Shown: positions 46,001 to 54,843 of the stretch, one piece after another | How positions within the stretch are numbered: the first letter of the stretch is position 1 | Layout of the letters: each line of letters opens with the position of its first letter | Assembly: GCA_963699755.1 (NCBI GenBank) | Contig: CAVOVB010000001.1 | Coordinates: forward strand, 192,001 to 256,000 | DNA length: 64,000 bases | Reading direction: 5' to 3' | Origin: an uncultured delta proteobacterium | Lineage (GTDB): Bacteria; Myxococcota_A; Polyangia; Polyangiales; Houyiibacteriaceae | Made by a program: the position numbers and the translations under genes | The notes under the pieces: generated by a model | The model's input: only the letters and a program-made list of their open reading frames with translations | Told to the model about the DNA's origin: nothing | Database searches by the model: none

Positions 46001-49000
46001 ATGGGCAATTCGAGCTTCGAGCGAGTCGCCATCATCAACCGCGGGGAGCCCGCCATGCGGTTCATCATCGCCGCGCGGGAATATGAGCAGGAGCATGGCG
46101 AGCGGCTTCACACGATCGCCCTGTACACCGATCCCGACCGACGAGGAATGTTCGTGCGCGAAGCCGACGAGGCTTACTCGCTCGGCCCGGCGACCTACCT
46201 CGCAGATGGCGGCTACCACAAGTCGAGCTACCTCGACTATGCACGTCTCGAACGCGCCCTCATCGAAACACGGGCCGAGGCCGTATGGCCCGGCTGGGGC
46301 TTCGTTGCGGAGCACGCCGCGTTCGCGGACCTCTGTGAGCGCTTGGGAATCGTATTCATAGGACCGACCGGCGACATGATGCGCAAGCTCGGCGACAAGA
46401 TCACGTCCAAGCAAATCGCCGAGGGGGCCGAGGTGCCGGTGGCCCCCTGGAGTGGTGGCGAAGTCGCAACTCTGGACGATGCGCGTCTGCATGCCGGACG
46501 ACTCGGGTACCCCTTGATGATCAAGGCTACCGCGGGCGGCGGCGGCCGTGGGATTCGACGCGTGCAGAGCGAAAGCGAGCTGGCCGATGCCTTTCAGAGC
46601 GCTCGCTCCGAGGCGGAGAAGGCATTCGGGAACGGTGCCGTCTTTCTGGAACGTATGGTCACCGGAGCGCGACACGTCGAGGTCCAGGTCATTGCAGACG
46701 ACGAGGGCACGGCGTGGGCGTTGGGGGTGCGGGACTGCACCATTCAACGGCGCAATCAGAAGATCCTCGAAGAGACGCCATCCCCGGTCTTGACGCCCGA
46801 GCAACAGCTCGAGCTCGAGCAAGCAGCGGTCCGTCTCACGCAGGCCATCGGTTATCGCAACGCGGGAACGGTCGAGTTCCTCTATCACAAAGGGACGAAG
46901 CAGTTCTCTTTCATGGAAGTCAACGCGCGGCTCCAGGTCGAGCACCCCGTCTCTGAAATGGTGACCGGCGCCGATCTCGTGAAGCTTCAGATTCATGTCG
47001 CGCGTGGCGGCCGCCTCGACGCCCAGCCCCCGACGAAACGCGGGCACGCGATTGAGGCGAGACTCAACGCAGAAGACCCAGAAGACAACTTCGCTCCATC
47101 GCCAGGCCTGATCGAGCAACTGAGATTGGTCAGTGGCCCTGGCCTCCGGGTGGACACCGGCATCGCGGAGGGCGACCAGATTCCATCCGAGTTCGATTCG
47201 ATGATCGCCAAGATCATCGCCCACGGTCGCAACCGCGATGAAGCGATGGCTCGGCTCCGGCGCGCTCTCTTGGAGAGCGAGGTCGTGATCCGCGGGGGCA
47301 CCTCGAACAAAGGCTTCCTGCTCGGGTTGATCGACAACCCGGCTGTCGTGTGCAGTGAGGTCGATGTGGGCTGGGTCGATCGATTGGTCGCAGAGGGCAA
47401 GCACCTGCCGCGCGAAGGTGCTGAGATCGCACTGCTCCAGGCCGCCATCGAAACCTATGGAGCCGAGCTCGAGGTCGAGCGGGCGCAGTTCTACTCCTCT
47501 GCAGCTCGCGGACGCCCAAAAGTCGAAGACCGGCACGGCCATGCCATGGAGCTCACCTACGCGGGGAACACCTACGAGCTGACTGTTTATCGCCTCGGTG
47601 CGCGCCGCTACCGCATCGATGTCGACGGCCAGCGGGTCGAAGCGCTGGTCGATCGGTTCGAGGGCGCGGAACGAAGACTGCGCGTAGGCGAGCAGAATTT
47701 CCGCATCCAGTCGGTCGACCAGGGCCTGAGCGTGCGCGTGGAGGTCGACGGTGTGCCGCACCGCATTTCTCGCGACCGTGGCGGTCTGGTACGCGCCCCA
47801 TCGCCGGCTGTCGTCGTCAACGTCCTCGTTTCGGAGGGTCAGGACGTCAACGTGGGCGACGGTCTCGTCGTTCTCGAGGCCATGAAGATGGAGATGGTCA
47901 TCGGGGCGAAATTCGCGGGCAGGGTGCGCGAGGTCATGGTGACGAACAACGTGCAGCTGGCGGTCGGTGCGCCGATGCTGCTCATCGAACCGCGCGGGGG
48001 GGAACAAAGATCTGCGACCAGCGAGCGACTGGAATTCTCCGATCTCGTCGAATCGCGCGATTCGAACTGGTCGGCATCGCGCCACAACCTGAGGGAGCTT
48101 CGACGCTTGATCATGGGCTTCGATGCGGACCGTATCGAGCTGTCGCGCGAAATGGGAGGCGGAGAGACCCTCAGTGCTGACGCGGCGCCGGACGACCCGG
48201 AGCGCATCGCCTACGAGGACGAGACGCTGGAGATCTTCGTCGACCTGACCTCGCTGTTTCGGCGCCATTCACAGGATGAAGACGGGTCGGAGGATTTCGG
48301 CAAACATACCGCAGAGGAATACCTCTTCACGTTTCTCCGCGACCTGGTCGTTCACCGTGAGGAAGATCTACCGCAATCGTTCGTCACCAAGCTCCGCCGG
48401 GCCCTCGGCCACTACGGAATAACCGAGATTCGGCGGAACGCGGAGCTACAAGGCGTGCTTTTCCGTATTTGTAAAGGCAACAATCGCGTCGACGAGCAGA
48501 TCGCCCCCATCCTGAGCTTGCTGCAGAACCGCCTCGACCATGTGGGGCTACTTCGCGAGCGTGCTAGCGATGAGTTCCGTGCCATTGTCTCTCGTCTGAT
48601 CGTCGAAACGCAGGACCGATACCCAGCCGTTCATGATCTGGCGCGGGAGCTTCAGTATCACTACTTCGAGCGGCCGATTCAGGAAGAGGTGGCGAGCCGG
48701 GCGCTGAAACGGGCCGAGGAAATCCTTTCTGGCCTACCCATCGAGGCAGGGGCGGCCGACAAGGCCGCTCGCGTTGCCGAGCTCGTCGCGATTCCTCATC
48801 CCCTCAAGGGATTCATGTCTCGGAGGCTCGCTCAGGCGAGCCGCGATGAGCGCTGGCTGATGCTCGAAGCCCTCGCCCGCCGCTACTACAAGATGAGTGA
48901 GCTGCACGATTTCGAGCTCCAGTCCGAGGCGGGAATCGACGTCTCGAGCTGCTGGTACGAGTACGAGGGGCAGAGGATCCACTTTCTCGCGACGCACGTG

Positions 49001-51562
49001 AGTGGAGCGCAGTTGCGCGAAGCCATCACCGTGCTGAACCGCCGACTCGAGTCCGTGCCCGCAGGGGAAGACGTCGTCGTAGACTACTACGTATTGCACG
49101 AGGACGAGCTCGAGGGCCCCGACAAGACTTCCGACGGACTTCGGAGGCTACTGGAGGCGGCACCGCCTACACGTCCGGTTCGGCGAATCATCGTGTCCGT
49201 GACCGGAAGCGAAACCGGGCTCGGTGCCAATGAGCTACAGGCCTTCACGTTTCGTATGAAGGACGGTAGCTTCGAAGAAGAGCTCATCTACCGCGGAATG
49301 CACCCGATGTTGAGCAAGCGGCTCTTTTTGTGGCGCTTGAAGGACCTGAAGACCGAGCGCGTCGAGTCCGCCGAAGACGTCTACCTGTATCGAGTGACCG
49401 GAAAGGACGAGCGCCTCATTTGCCTCGCCGAGGTCCGCGATCTCACACCCGTTCGCGATGGGTCGGGGCGTGTGGTCGCGCTGCCAAGTCTGGAACGCAC
49501 GCTGTCGAAGTGCCTGGTCGAGATCCGGCGCGAGCAGAGCACCCGGCCTCCCAACAAGCGTTACCAGTGGAATCGGGTCCACCTCTTCCTCTGGCCGCCG
49601 CTCGACATCAGCCAAGACGAGATCAACGGCCTCATTCACAAGCTGGCGCCGGAGACGACCGGCCTCGGGCTCGAGCGGATCGTCGTCCAGGGCGACATCC
49701 GCAATCCTACGACCGGCGAGCTCGAGCAGAAGCTCATAGACGTGTCCAACCGGGGACGCAGCGGGCTCCAGATCCGCCTACGCGAGCTTCCGACCCAGCC
49801 CATGCGACCGCGGAGCGCATACGAGCAGACCGTGGTCCGCTTGCGTCAGCGCGGTCTGACGCACCCGTACGAGATCATCGCCATGCTCACGCCGGGTGAG
49901 GACAGCGCGGTCCAGTCGGATTTCCCGCGCGGCCTGTTCCAAGAGCTCGATATGAACGAGGCCAACGAGCTCGTGCCTGTGGACCGACCGCCGGGCAGCA
50001 ACGAGGCCAACATCATCGTCGGACTGATCACGAGCTATACGGACAAGTATCCCGAGGGCATGACTCGCGTCGCACTCTTGGGCGATCCGAGCCGGGACAT
50101 GGGGGCCTTGGCCGAACCTGAATGTCGACGGATCATCGCGGCCCTCGACCTCGCAGAGCAAATGCATGTGCCACTCGAGTGGTACGCAGTTTCCGCTGGA
50201 GCGAAGATCTCCATGGAGAGCGGTACCGAGAACATGGACTGGATCTCCGCCGTCCTGCGAAGACTGATCGAGTTCACACAAGCCGGGCTCGAGGTCAACG
50301 TGCTGGTCTGCGGCATCAATGTGGGTGCCCAGCCGTACTGGAACGCCGAAGCGACAATGCTGATGCACACCAAGGGCATCCTGGTGATGTGTCCCGGCAG
50401 CGCGATGGTGCTCACGGGCAAGCATGCGCTTGACTACTCGGGCGGCGTCTCGGCCGAAGACAACACGGGCATCGGCGGCTACGACCGAGTAATGGGTCCG
50501 AACGGCCAGGCGCAGTACGCCGCGCGCGACCTTGCGGATGCGTGTCACATCTTGCTTCGGCACTACGAGCACAGCTACGTGATGCCCGGCGAGCGCTTCC
50601 CCCGGCGCCTGGCCACCAGAGATGCCATCGACCGCGATGTCTGCGATTCGCCGCACGGTCGCATTGGCGCATCGAGCTTCGCAACCGTGGGCGAGGTCTT
50701 CAACCCAGAAACCAATCCGGGACGGAAGCGACCGTTCGACATTCGCAAGGTCATGCGCGCGGCCACCGACCAGGACCACGAGGTGCTCGAGCGCTGGTAT
50801 GGGATGCGCGACGCCGAGACAGCGGTGGTCTGGGACGCACACGTCGGTGGCTATCCGGTCTGCATGATCGGCCTCGAGTCACAGCCCCTGTCGCGGCTCG
50901 GTTTCGTGCCCGCGGACGGGCCTACGGTCTGGACGGCGGGCACCTTGTTTCCGATGTCGTCGAAGAAGGTCGCCCGAGCGATCAACGCTGCAAGCAACAA
51001 CCGCCCGGTTGTCGTGCTGGCAAATCTTTCCGGCTTCGACGGCTCGCCTGAATCGTTGAGGCTGCTGCAGCTCGAGTACGGCGCCGAGATTGGCCGCGCG
51101 GTGGTCAACTTCAAGGGGCCCATGGTGTTCCTGGTCATCTCTCGCTATCACGGCGGGGCGTTCGTCGTGTTCTCCAACAAGCTCAATCCCTCCTTGGAGG
51201 TGTCGGCTCTCGAAGACACCTACGCATCGGTGATCGGTGGCGCACCCGCAGCAGCCGTGGTCTTCGCAGGGGACGTTCGCAAACGAACCCTCTCAGACGA
51301 ACGAATCATCGCGCTTCAGCAACGGCTCGACGCGGCCCAAGGCGCCGAACGCCTGGTTTTGGGTGACCGACTCACGAAGATGCAGAAGGTGGTCCATTCG
51401 GAGAAGCTTCGGGAGGTCGCCGAGGAGTTTGACAGCGTCCATAGTGTGCATCGCGCGCTCGAGGTGGGTTCGGTTCACAAGATCATCCCGGCGAGCACAC
51501 TGCGACCGTACCTCGTGGATGCGATCGAACGCGGAATCCGACGCGAGCTGGCCGAGGGATGA
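46001..51562 (+). CDS. Single-chain multidomain acetyl/acyl-CoA carboxylase (BC-BCCP-central region-CT)
   Basis: BC motifs NRGE, PGWGF, GGGGRG, EVNARLQVEH. Biotinyl EAMKM at about 47876-47890. Long central region. CT motifs SAGAKI, LANLSGFDG, HGGAFVV. Confidence 0.92.
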   Translation: MGNSSFERVAIINRGEPAMRFIIAAREYEQEHGERLHTIALYTDPDRRGMFVREADEAYSLGPATYLADGGYHKSSYLDYARLERALIETRAEAVWPGWGFVAEHAAFADLCERLGIVFIGPTGDMMRKLGDKITSKQIAEGAEVPVAPWSGGEVATLDDARLHAGRLGYPLMIKATAGGGGRGIRRVQSESELADAFQSARSEAEKAFGNGAVFLERMVTGARHVEVQVIADDEGTAWALGVRDCTIQRRNQKILEETPSPVLTPEQQLELEQAAVRLTQAIGYRNAGTVEFLYHKGTKQFSFMEVNARLQVEHPVSEMVTGADLVKLQIHVARGGRLDAQPPTKRGHAIEARLNAEDPEDNFAPSPGLIEQLRLVSGPGLRVDTGIAEGDQIPSEFDSMIAKIIAHGRNRDEAMARLRRALLESEVVIRGGTSNKGFLLGLIDNPAVVCSEVDVGWVDRLVAEGKHLPREGAEIALLQAAIETYGAELEVERAQFYSSAARGRPKVEDRHGHAMELTYAGNTYELTVYRLGARRYRIDVDGQRVEALVDRFEGAERRLRVGEQNFRIQSVDQGLSVRVEVDGVPHRISRDRGGLVRAPSPAVVVNVLVSEGQDVNVGDGLVVLEAMKMEMVIGAKFAGRVREVMVTNNVQLAVGAPMLLIEPRGGEQRSATSERLEFSDLVESRDSNWSASRHNLRELRRLIMGFDADRIELSREMGGGETLSADAAPDDPERIAYEDETLEIFVDLTSLFRRHSQDEDGSEDFGKHTAEEYLFTFLRDLVVHREEDLPQSFVTKLRRALGHYGITEIRRNAELQGVLFRICKGNNRVDEQIAPILSLLQNRLDHVGLLRERASDEFRAIVSRLIVETQDRYPAVHDLARELQYHYFERPIQEEVASRALKRAEEILSGLPIEAGAADKAARVAELVAIPHPLKGFMSRRLAQASRDERWLMLEALARRYYKMSELHDFELQSEAGIDVSSCWYEYEGQRIHFLATHVSGAQLREAITVLNRRLESVPAGEDVVVDYYVLHEDELEGPDKTSDGLRRLLEAAPPTRPVRRIIVSVTGSETGLGANELQAFTFRMKDGSFEEELIYRGMHPMLSKRLFLWRLKDLKTERVESAEDVYLYRVTGKDERLICLAEVRDLTPVRDGSGRVVALPSLERTLSKCLVEIRREQSTRPPNKRYQWNRVHLFLWPPLDISQDEINGLIHKLAPETTGLGLERIVVQGDIRNPTTGELEQKLIDVSNRGRSGLQIRLRELPTQPMRPRSAYEQTVVRLRQRGLTHPYEIIAMLTPGEDSAVQSDFPRGLFQELDMNEANELVPVDRPPGSNEANIIVGLITSYTDKYPEGMTRVALLGDPSRDMGALAEPECRRIIAALDLAEQMHVPLEWYAVSAGAKISMESGTENMDWISAVLRRLIEFTQAGLEVNVLVCGINVGAQPYWNAEATMLMHTKGILVMCPGSAMVLTGKHALDYSGGVSAEDNTGIGGYDRVMGPNGQAQYAARDLADACHILLRHYEHSYVMPGERFPRRLATRDAIDRDVCDSPHGRIGASSFATVGEVFNPETNPGRKRPFDIRKVMRAATDQDHEVLERWYGMRDAETAVVWDAHVGGYPVCMIGLESQPLSRLGFVPADGPTVWTAGTLFPMSSKKVARAINAASNNRPVVVLANLSGFDGSPESLRLLQLEYGAEIGRAVVNFKGPMVFLVISRYHGGAFVVFSNKLNPSLEVSALEDTYASVIGGAPAAAVVFAGDVRKRTLSDERIIALQQRLDAAQGAERLVLGDRLTKMQKVVHSEKLREVAEEFDSVHSVHRALEVGSVHKIIPASTLRPYLVDAIERGIRRELAEG

Positions 51563-52260
51563 CGATACGCTGGCTGCTCCTTCCAAGCTCTGACTTGCCC
51601 GAGGGAGACGCCTGGCTCGCCGCGAGTGAGCGGGAGGTCTTGGCCGGACTTCGCTTTCCGAAGCGGCGTTCAGAGTGGAGGCTCGGGCGCTTTGCGGCCA
51701 AGAAGGCCCTTGCCTCCTGGACGGGGATCGACGCCCTCGATCGAATTCAGGTCATCGGCGCCGAGGACGGCGCCCCGGAGGCATTCATCGACGGAAAGAA
51801 GATCGAGTCGGGCATCTCGATCAGCCATCGCGAGGGGCTGGCTGCCTGCGTCATTGCGTCACACACGAGCGTCGGTTGTGATCTCGAGGTCATCGAGCGG
51901 CGAACATCCCGTTTCGTGAATGACTTCTTCACCGATCGCGAGCGCACAGAGGTTCATACGACGCAAGATGCCCTACGCGATCGTCTCGTCGCCCTCACCT
52001 GGAGCGCCAAGGAGAGCGCACTCAAAGCCCTGCGCGTAGGGCTACGCCGCGATACCCGCAGCGTCGAGGTCGAGATCGATGACCTCGAGACCACTGAACC
52101 AGGTTGGCATCCCCTGCGGACCAGAGTCAGCCCGGAAGGTTTCACTTTCCGAGGCTGGTGGCGCCAAGAGGAGGGCATCGTTTTCAGCGTCGTTCTTCCT
52201 TCCACGGCCAGAATCGCGTTTGCCGGTCCTCACTCTCTTGTGGCCATCAGGACTTCGTGA
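51559..52260 (+). CDS. 4'-phosphopantetheinyl transferase (Sfp-type)
   Basis: SISH, GCDLE and WSAKESALKA motifs. ATGA overlap with the carboxylase stop. Confidence 0.9.
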   Translation: MTIRWLLLPSSDLPEGDAWLAASEREVLAGLRFPKRRSEWRLGRFAAKKALASWTGIDALDRIQVIGAEDGAPEAFIDGKKIESGISISHREGLAACVIASHTSVGCDLEVIERRTSRFVNDFFTDRERTEVHTTQDALRDRLVALTWSAKESALKALRVGLRRDTRSVEVEIDDLETTEPGWHPLRTRVSPEGFTFRGWWRQEEGIVFSVVLPSTARIAFAGPHSLVAIRTS

Positions 52261-52522
52261 ACCAGCCGCGGAGACGGCTCAGGAGACCGCCCTTCTCTTT
52301 CGCGATCTGGTTTTGGATCTTCCCGAGCGTTCTCGACGAGGTTTCGAGCGGATCGAAGCTCGAGGCAAGGGCGGCGATCGAATCCTGGAAGTCTCTGATG
52401 ACCTCTACGAGACTCGGGTCTGCTGCGAGGAGCGCCTCGAGCTCTTTCTCGTCGTCTTCGGTTGCCGCACCGGCCGCATGGAGCGCCGCCAGAAGCTCTG
52501 CTCGTTCTTGTTGTTCGTTCAT
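52247..52522 (-). CDS. Small soluble protein resembling an anti-sigma N-terminal domain
   Basis: ELLAALHAAGA..E...LEALL pattern, translationally coupled to the ECF sigma (ATGA overlap). Confidence 0.55.
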   Translation of the reverse strand: MNEQQERAELLAALHAAGAATEDDEKELEALLAADPSLVEVIRDFQDSIAALASSFDPLETSSRTLGKIQNQIAKEKGGLLSRLRGWFTKS

Positions 52523-53103
52523 GTCTTCATCGCCCGGTGAATGATGGGGAGCGTGCTGCGCAAGGAGCGCATTCCCGCTAGAATTCTCGATTTGACCGTA
52601 CCGACCGGGAGCTTGAGCACTTCGGCGATCTGCCCGTGTGACATCCCTTGGAAGTACGACAGCTCGAGGACGGCGCGCTGCTCGGCGTCCAGGCGTTGAA
52701 AGGCTTGCCGCAGGGCCTGATGCCAGCGCGTCGACGAGGCCATCAGGTCGGGACGCTTTCGTTCGGTCATCAGTGCGTCCCCCTCGCTGTACTGGAACTG
52801 CCGATCGCCATGGCGGCGTCTACGGGCGCGGATCGCATCGAGTGCTCGGCTTCGCGCCACGGTCACGACCCAGGCAATGACACTCCCTCGCGAGCAGTCG
52901 AACTGTGGCGCCCGCCGCCAGAGCTCCACGAAGACCTCCTGCAAGAGCTCCTCGGCCTCCGCGGGGGAGCTGAGCATCTTCGTCAGGAGCGCGAGCACGG
53001 TGCTGGAGTACTGCGTGTAGAAGGCGCTCAACGCCGGACCCGAATCGCCTGCGGCCATGGCGGCGACGAGATCTTCGGAGCTTGTGGGTCGAGCTTCAGT
53101 CAC
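52519..53103 (-). CDS. ECF sigma-70 factor (SigK-like)
   Basis: AEELLQEVFVELWRRA..FD, WVVTVARSRALD and YFQGMSHGQIAEVLKLPVGTVKSRI motifs. Confidence 0.92.
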   Translation of the reverse strand: MTEARPTSSEDLVAAMAAGDSGPALSAFYTQYSSTVLALLTKMLSSPAEAEELLQEVFVELWRRAPQFDCSRGSVIAWVVTVARSRALDAIRARRRRHGDRQFQYSEGDALMTERKRPDLMASSTRWHQALRQAFQRLDAEQRAVLELSYFQGMSHGQIAEVLKLPVGTVKSRILAGMRSLRSTLPIIHRAMKT

Positions 53104-54710
53104 GATGCATCCGTGAAGGCCGGCGCGGCCTGAATCGTTCCAAGGCTGCCAAACTCTGCATCGAGCTCACGATGGAGCATGATTTCATCACCGATCGTGT
53201 CCCACCACTGCGCGGCCTGTTCCTGTGACCAGCGCTCGATAGGCAAGGCCTGAAGCCGCTCGGCGATTTCGGCCCCGGACGCCGGCCGGTCGGCAGCCTT
53301 CTTTTCCAGGCATTCCATGATGATGCGTTCGAGATCCTGATTCAGCTGACGCCCTGACGTCAACGACGGCGGCTCCGGCGCGGTGCTCAAGTGCTGAGCG
53401 CAAATCTCGATCGCGTTGGTCCCTTCGAAGACGAAGCGGCCCGTGAGCAAGAAATAGCCGACCGCCCCCAAGGCGTAGAGATCAGAACGCGCGTCGATCG
53501 AAGGTGGGTCGAGGATCTGCTCCGGGCTCATGAATCGCGGCGTTCCGATGATCGCTTCGGTCCAAGTCTTCGTGGCGTCGACGTTGCTCTCCACGTTCTT
53601 CACCAAGCCAAAGTCGAGCACCTTGGTGACGTCGTGGACACCCCCCTGCTGGGTCAGCATGATGTTGTTGGGTTTGATGTCCCTGTGTACTAGGCCCATC
53701 GAATGAGCCTCGTTCAACGCCATGGCACACTGCCGAAGGACGTGAACCACTCTCGACTCTGGCAAGGGGCCCTCGGTGCGCACGACGTCTACAAGGGTCA
53801 CGCCTTCGAGCAGCTCCATCGCGTAGTAGAAGGTCCCGTCTTCGGTTCGTCCATAGTCGTAGATCGTGACCGTGTTGGGATGCCTCAGCTTCGCGGTCAT
53901 CTGCACCTCGCGACGAAAGCGTTCGAGATCTTCCGGCGCGTTGAGCGCGGGGCTCAAGAGCTTGATGGCAGTTGGTCGCTTGAGCATCCCATGCTGCGCG
54001 CGGTATACCGTGCCCATCCCCCCCTCGCCGAGCTTTTCTTCGACGATGTACTGCCCGAGCTTCTTTGCATCGCGCACGTCTTTGCGAAGGCCGTAAATCA
54101 CGCGAGTCGCCCACGCTGCCAGCAAGGTGGTCAGCGCCCATGCAAAGCCGATCTGAATCGACTGGCTTCGCGCCAAGGTGCTTGGTTCTTCGATCTTCCG
54201 GAAAAACCCGTGGCTGTTCCAGACCTCGAGGTCGACCCTGAGGAAGTTGAGATAGACGGCAATCACGAGAGGAATTCCGATCGCAAAGCCGAGCCAAGCG
54301 GTGTGCCTCGCAGTGCTGGGAACGAAAATCGCCCGCGCGATCAAACCAAAGGACAAAGCGTACGCCGTGGTCGTCGCAGCCCCCGCCGCGGCTGGCAGAT
54401 AAGCACCCATGACGACCAGACCCACACTCGTCAGGACCAGCCCGATACCTTCGACGATTTGAATCCTTCTCGTGTCGAGCGGACGCGAGCGACAAATGAG
54501 CCAAACGCAGGTAACCGGGAGCCACGCGGCTGCATGCGCCAGAAACGAAGCATGCACCAGCTCTCCGCGTAGATACCCGAACGCAGCGCCGAGAATGATG
54601 CGACTGATGAGGCCGAGGAAGAGGATCACCGCCACGGCGAAACCGAACGCAGCGACACGTTGCTGCAAGAACTCCCGGCTACCGCTGGTCTGGCTCACTC
54701 CGGTGGTCAC
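53100..54710 (-). CDS. Ser/Thr protein kinase with N-terminal multi-TM domain
   Basis: About 6 TM segments followed by LGEGGMGTVY, AIK, HRDIKPNN, DFG, GTPRFMSPE. Start estimated at GTG 54710. Confidence 0.92.
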   Translation of the reverse strand: MTTGVSQTSGSREFLQQRVAAFGFAVAVILFLGLISRIILGAAFGYLRGELVHASFLAHAAAWLPVTCVWLICRSRPLDTRRIQIVEGIGLVLTSVGLVVMGAYLPAAAGAATTTAYALSFGLIARAIFVPSTARHTAWLGFAIGIPLVIAVYLNFLRVDLEVWNSHGFFRKIEEPSTLARSQSIQIGFAWALTTLLAAWATRVIYGLRKDVRDAKKLGQYIVEEKLGEGGMGTVYRAQHGMLKRPTAIKLLSPALNAPEDLERFRREVQMTAKLRHPNTVTIYDYGRTEDGTFYYAMELLEGVTLVDVVRTEGPLPESRVVHVLRQCAMALNEAHSMGLVHRDIKPNNIMLTQQGGVHDVTKVLDFGLVKNVESNVDATKTWTEAIIGTPRFMSPEQILDPPSIDARSDLYALGAVGYFLLTGRFVFEGTNAIEICAQHLSTAPEPPSLTSGRQLNQDLERIIMECLEKKAADRPASGAEIAERLQALPIERWSQEQAAQWWDTIGDEIMLHRELDAEFGSLGTIQAAPAFTDAS

Positions 54711-54843
54711 ACAACCTCGCCCCCAATAGTGCGTCGGGCAGCGTATTTCGCCAAGAGATGATCGACCGCCTCTCTGCTGTTGGCTCTTGCGCTTGCCTGC
54801 GGGCGCTAGATCCGCGCGAGCGGACCCGGGACAAGTAGCCCTC

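Noticed and set aside
45092..48268. 1058-aa minus-strand ORF (and similar long ORFs such as 37052-38758, 1515-2684, 32978-34753, 12282-13595)
   Set aside because: They overlap well-supported genes in antisense or alternate frames and show no recognisable motifs. Such shadow ORFs are expected in GC-rich DNA.
52519..53103. Directly phosphorylated (EcfK/EcfP-type) ECF sigma
   Set aside because: Region 2 keeps acidic AEAEE residues and an anti-sigma-like ORF follows.
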